Source: an uncultured delta proteobacterium (GTDB taxonomy: Bacteria > Desulfobacterota > Desulfobacteria > Desulfobacterales > B30-G6). Taken from it: a stretch of DNA of 64,000 nucleotides. The notes below the pieces were generated by a model. That model ran no database searches. It was not told the DNA's origin and saw only the letters and a program-made list of their open reading frames with translations. Below are positions 60,015 through 64,000 of the stretch, piece by piece. The stretch lies in contig CAWGLD010000004.1 of assembly GCA_963823335.1 (NCBI GenBank), positions 96,001-160,000 of the forward strand, given 5' to 3'. The translations under genes were made by a program, and so were the position numbers. Every line of letters begins with the position of its first letter. Within the stretch, counting starts at the first letter, position 1.

Positions 60015-60549
60015 AACAGTAATTGACTTGATCAACATCCATTATTCCAAATCGTATCAACCGATTTGCGAATCATGTGGTTTCCTACCTCAATCGTATT
60101 TTGTCCAGTGAAGAAGCATGCAAATGCAAATATCAATGTAGCAAGGATACGAGTTTATAAAGACGTCATCAAATTCAGGGATTATGAGAAATTCGAGGTT
60201 TTATGATTTAACTTAATATTCTGTTTTCATTCTTGTAAATGATCTAATCAACAGTCGGATAGTGTCTTTCAGTGGCGTTGATTACCATATCTTGCATTGA
60301 TAGGGACCTCCGTGGTACGCTGGGCATAACCAAATGGTATCGGCAATAATTTGGTTGGGCTTGATAACTGGGCATCTCTCCATCTATCACCACTTGACCA
60401 ATAATCCTATAATTTGTTTAACAAAAAAGTAAAGATGGTGTAAAAGGTTTTGTGGAGAAAGCGCTTAAGTGAAATAATTTAGCTTTTACATATTGCAATA
60501 TCTTTCCAATTTAGAAACACTGTGATTTAGCAATGAAAGGAGGAGAAAG

Positions 60550-61005
60550 ATGTTTAAAGAATTTAAAGAATTTGCGATGAAGGGGAATGTTGTTGATATG
60601 GCGGTCGGTATTATTATTGGTGCCGCTTTCGGTAGCATTATCAAATCACTGGTTGCCGATGTGATCATGCCGCCCATTGGTTTGTTACTTGGCAATGTGG
60701 ATTTTTCAAATCTTTTTCTGGTTATCAAACAGGCCTCTGTTGACGGAACATTTGCCACTGTTGCAGAAGCCCAGAAAGCTGGAGCCGTCACCATTAATTA
60801 TGGAATGTTTATCAATACCCTAATTAGCTTTTTAATTGTCTCTTTTGCTATTTTTATTGTCATTAAGAATTTAAACGCATTAAAAAGAAAAGAAGAGACT
60901 CCGCCAGCAGAACCCAAAACCAAGGAATGCCCTCACTGTTTTTCAGAAATTCCAATTAAGGCAACTCGATGTGGCTTTTGTACCTCAGAGTTACAGGCAA
61001 CTTAA
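60550..61005 (+). CDS. mscL: Large-conductance mechanosensitive channel with C-terminal zinc ribbon
   Basis: [23 protein letters not shown] and YGMFIN; tail CPHC..CGFC. Confidence 0.93.
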   Translation: MFKEFKEFAMKGNVVDMAVGIIIGAAFGSIIKSLVADVIMPPIGLLLGNVDFSNLFLVIKQASVDGTFATVAEAQKAGAVTINYGMFINTLISFLIVSFAIFIVIKNLNALKRKEETPPAEPKTKECPHCFSEIPIKATRCGFCTSELQAT

Positions 61006-61518
61006 GAATTGAAAGTTTTATTGACCGTATGAAAGCTGGAAAAGGGGGCGTAAGGCAGGGTTTCTTAGCATCTCTGACTTTTAATTTTAGCTGCGGATAC
61101 CTGCATCAGGGTGAAGCTTGCGCGCGCATTCAGGACAAAGACCATGGGTGAACTCTACCCCTGCACGATTCCTAAGATAATCTGCAGTTTCTTCCCAATA
61201 ATTTTCATCGTTACGTATTTTTTTACAGCCAAAAGTTCACGATAGGACCATGGACGGATTTATAATTCCCTGCTACTAACTGTGCGATGCCTCCTACGTT
61301 CACACATATTCTATGTAAAATAGTTCACATTGTGAATGTATTTCCTTAATTTCAGGCCTGTTTTAACACCACTATAAATTATATATCATGCTGTTATAAT
61401 AGAGTTTTTATGCTTATAATAAATGCCACGAAACTTGCATGATTTATGCATGTACTAATATGCTGAGTTCTGCGAACTCCATTGACTTTAATTTCAGGGT
61501 ATTCTAACGTGGTAACTT

Positions 61519-61707
61519 ATGGATGCCCTGGCAATCATAATTGTCTTATCATTAGTTGGACTTTTTCTTGTTATATTATTTTATAAGCGAAAAGTACTTT
61601 TCCGTGATATAAATATAAAGCGTTCAGAAAGAGATCGACGTAGAAGTTTTATTGCTTCAAAAAATCGCATGCGGAGGTCTGGTAAAGATCGCAGACAAAA
61701 GGGTTAA
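61519..61707 (+). CDS. Small membrane protein with DRR repeats
   Basis: N-terminal TM, then RSERDRR and RRSGKDRR. Confidence 0.5.
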   Translation: MDALAIIIVLSLVGLFLVILFYKRKVLFRDINIKRSERDRRRSFIASKNRMRRSGKDRRQKG

Positions 61708-61812
61708 CAATCTTGAAGTTCTATAGCGCACTGCTTCAAGATTGTGCTTCTACGAAAAATCAGCCCAAAGCCTAAGTTATAATAAACCCTAATTGTTATT
61801 TAGAGGTCTCGA

Positions 61813-62097
61813 ATGGTTGAAATGCGGAGCGGCAAAGATCGCAGGGTCAATAAAGATAGGAGAAAAGGAGGTATTTCTTCATACAGTGGCCCAGAAAATA
61901 GAGGCACAAGATACCGTAGGAGTGACAAAGATAGAAGAGAAATAAATAAAGATTCATTTACGAAAAGAACTTTGTCACTTAGCAATGAAGGTAGGCGCGC
62001 TGGAATTGATCAGCGTGTATTTTCATATGCTATTCATTTACCAGAAAGAAGAATAACGAAGGACCGAAGAGCTTGCATAGATAGACGCACCTCTTAA
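61813..62097 (+). CDS. Small Arg-rich protein with (E/D)RR repeats
   Basis: RSGKDRR..DRR..RRSDKDRR..ERRITKDRR..DRR; GAGG RBS. Confidence 0.55.
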   Translation: MVEMRSGKDRRVNKDRRKGGISSYSGPENRGTRYRRSDKDRREINKDSFTKRTLSLSNEGRRAGIDQRVFSYAIHLPERRITKDRRACIDRRTS

Positions 62098-62131
62098 GAA
62101 TAGTTACGTACAAAAAATATTTATAAAGTGT

Positions 62132-62160
62132 AAGCAGGGTCAATTTGGCCCTGCTTTTTT
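62132..62160 (+). terminator. Rho-independent terminator
   Basis: AAGCAGGGTC-AATTT-GGCCCTGCTT stem followed by a T run, between convergent genes. Confidence 0.7.
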
Positions 62161-62313
62161 ATTATCTCCCGAAGAGGTATGGACTTATAACGATCTTTTG
62201 GTTTCTCCAACAAAACGCAGGCCATATTAGATGTCATATATAATCCCTTGCGGACTCAAAAAACCGCTGCTATCGGAACGTTATTATGACAAATGCTCAA
62301 ATTTTATAAATCT

Positions 62314-63147
62314 TCAAGAAACGATTGTTACGGGCTTTTTTACGACCGTCAAGATCATTTTAAACCGCTTGACAGCGGTAACCGCATGGGGAACATTGGC
62401 CGGCATCACCACCACCTGGCCTGTACCAACGGTCATCTTTTTCCCGTCAATATTTACCATTGCCTCCCCATCGAGCACCTGCACCATCGCGTCTCCGGGC
62501 GCCGTATGGGTACTAACTCCTTCACCCTTATCGAAGGCGAAAAGGGTCAGACTGAGTGCCGGGTTCTGGGCAAAGGTCCTGCTGACAACCCGGCCTTCCT
62601 CGTATTCCACCAATTCAGCCAACTGCTGTGGTTCCGAAAACGGTATATTCTTTATAAATAATTGTTTGTCCATTTTATCTCCCTTGGGTTTATTGTAACC
62701 GGCCTCTTCCAACCATTTCCTGATTTCGTGATTTGACGGGTTTCTACCCGTGCACAGTACCCTTCCATTGATTACCAGAGCAGGAGTTCCCTTAACCCGG
62801 TATTTCGAAATCCGCTCAGCTTCCCGGACATGTTCAAGGTCAGCCGCCAGTCCCATTGTCGCCAGCGTCTCCATGACCGTGTTTTCAAGGCCGTCACAGA
62901 TAGCACAGCCAGCGCCCAAAACTTTTATAACAAGACCTTCAGCTTCTTCATCCTCAACAGCATGGCCGAGAAACCTACTGAATTCCCGGACAAAAGCCCG
63001 GCCGTAATCTTCCCTGACATTTTCGGGAATATAATTTTTCTTCGCCAATCGCTCTATAAGCATACGGGAAAGGGCGGCATCCGTCTGATCCGCATAACCC
63101 CTGGCCATCTCTTCGAAGGTGCCCTTAAGGCCCACAATGCCGATCAT
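62314..63147 (-). CDS. Small thioredoxin-like protein fused in frame to a cupin
   Basis: IKVLGAGCAIC..TPALVING, then MDKQ..LTLFAFDKGEGVSTHTAPGDA..MPANVPHAV. Confidence 0.75.
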   Translation of the reverse strand: MIGIVGLKGTFEEMARGYADQTDAALSRMLIERLAKKNYIPENVREDYGRAFVREFSRFLGHAVEDEEAEGLVIKVLGAGCAICDGLENTVMETLATMGLAADLEHVREAERISKYRVKGTPALVINGRVLCTGRNPSNHEIRKWLEEAGYNKPKGDKMDKQLFIKNIPFSEPQQLAELVEYEEGRVVSRTFAQNPALSLTLFAFDKGEGVSTHTAPGDAMVQVLDGEAMVNIDGKKMTVGTGQVVVMPANVPHAVTAVKRFKMILTVVKKPVTIVS

Positions 63148-63208
63148 ATGTTTGCCGATCTTTATCTGTTTTACATCTTGTGTGGTCAGCCTACTGGAAA
63201 GGCGGGTT

Positions 63209-63862
63209 CTATCTTCCTATGAGCTTATCTTTCTTCAATTGACCCATAACTGCTTTGATCAATTGATTAAAAATGGTGTCTGCCGATGTCTCATCAACAG
63301 ATGCCGAGGACGCAGACCACATCAGTTTCTCGCTGGCCGTATCGTAAATAGTTGTCCTCAGCCGGACAAATTGGCGCGTTACAGTCCGAATTGGGTTTCT
63401 ATCCGCTTCTCGAAAAACAAAGACACTGTAAGACCCCATGTCTCTGTAGCTACGGTTGGGTCCGGCATCCGCTTTTTGCCCATCCAAGTCTTTCTGCTCT
63501 TCTCCCATACGAACCAGGTGGGTGAACAATACAGCTCCTAAATGATTATTGGCGGCAGTTTCTTTGATGATCTCCTTGTGGTCCATTATATTCTCTGTGG
63601 TCAGTTTTCTGCTCTCCGGCATAATTTTGTATGCGCAGACAGCGTTGACACCTTTCTTTTGGAAGGCGTCGACAAATAGATCTTCAAAATGCTGACGGAC
63701 ATCGTCATGCTTTGCGACACCGAGCACCATGATACTGTCTATGGATCTATCTTTAAACGTGTCATTTTTCCGGACGTTTGTTAAGGAGGTCGATGGGGCG
63801 CAGGCTGCCAAAAGCAGTATTGTGAGTGCTATAAATATTTTTACAAATACCTTTCTGTTCAT
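63209..63862 (-). CDS. Putative lipoprotein
   Basis: MNRKVFVKIFIALTILLLAAC lipobox; GGAG RBS before ATG 63862. Confidence 0.7.
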   Translation of the reverse strand: MNRKVFVKIFIALTILLLAACAPSTSLTNVRKNDTFKDRSIDSIMVLGVAKHDDVRQHFEDLFVDAFQKKGVNAVCAYKIMPESRKLTTENIMDHKEIIKETAANNHLGAVLFTHLVRMGEEQKDLDGQKADAGPNRSYRDMGSYSVFVFREADRNPIRTVTRQFVRLRTTIYDTASEKLMWSASSASVDETSADTIFNQLIKAVMGQLKKDKLIGR

Positions 63863-64000
63863 AAAAAAGCTCCTATATCCCAAACTGAGCGGTTTTGTGT
63901 TTGAACAACAAAAAGCCTTGTCGGCGAGAGGCAAAAAGCGAAGAGACCTTGTTATCGGACGCGATAGTTCATCTCTAATCAACAACGCATATTATTTTTA

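Noticed and set aside
61424-61439. sigma54-like promoter TGCCACGAAACTTGCA with TGT-N10-ACA at 61314-61329
   Set aside because: The invariant -24 GG reads GC, so it cannot be supported as functional.

Overview
Bacterial chromosomal window whose gene content (MglA-like GTPase, type IV pilus cluster, sigma54 regulation, GldAFG-like ABC system) suggests a Desulfobacterales-type deltaproteobacterium; this placement is inference. Positions 1-46.5 kb are mostly core genes: purC, a PilZ/cNMP-DUF4388/MglA/TPR group, mdh, uvrC, uvrB, cysS, ispF, an adenylate cyclase, an 18 kb type IV pilus cluster with a membrane-anchored sigma54 activator, an ADP-forming acyl-CoA ligase, rlmD, Gld-like ABC genes and a Lon-like protease. 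Positions 47-64 kb are an accessory mosaic: a high-GC SDR pair, a low-GC signalling operon, a clan CD peptidase, an integrase remnant, arsR-arsM and mscL. The most unusual signal is intergenic. An intact four-helix-bundle gene (TIGR02436 / 23S-IVS-protein / bAvd-like) sits between pilB and pilC, enclosed by inverted arms built of tandem heptamers. At least ten internally deleted copies of this cassette lie across the window, mostly just after stop codons. They keep an invariant 12-codon leader ORF and sometimes form tandem arrays with shared linkers. A second cassette family has octamer arms and remnants of a different four-helix-bundle subfamily, and further arm families occur as fragments. 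This resembles a family of small mobile or intervening elements with no recognisable transposase. No rRNA, tRNA or CRISPR array was seen. All protein calls come from motif recognition by eye, not database searches.
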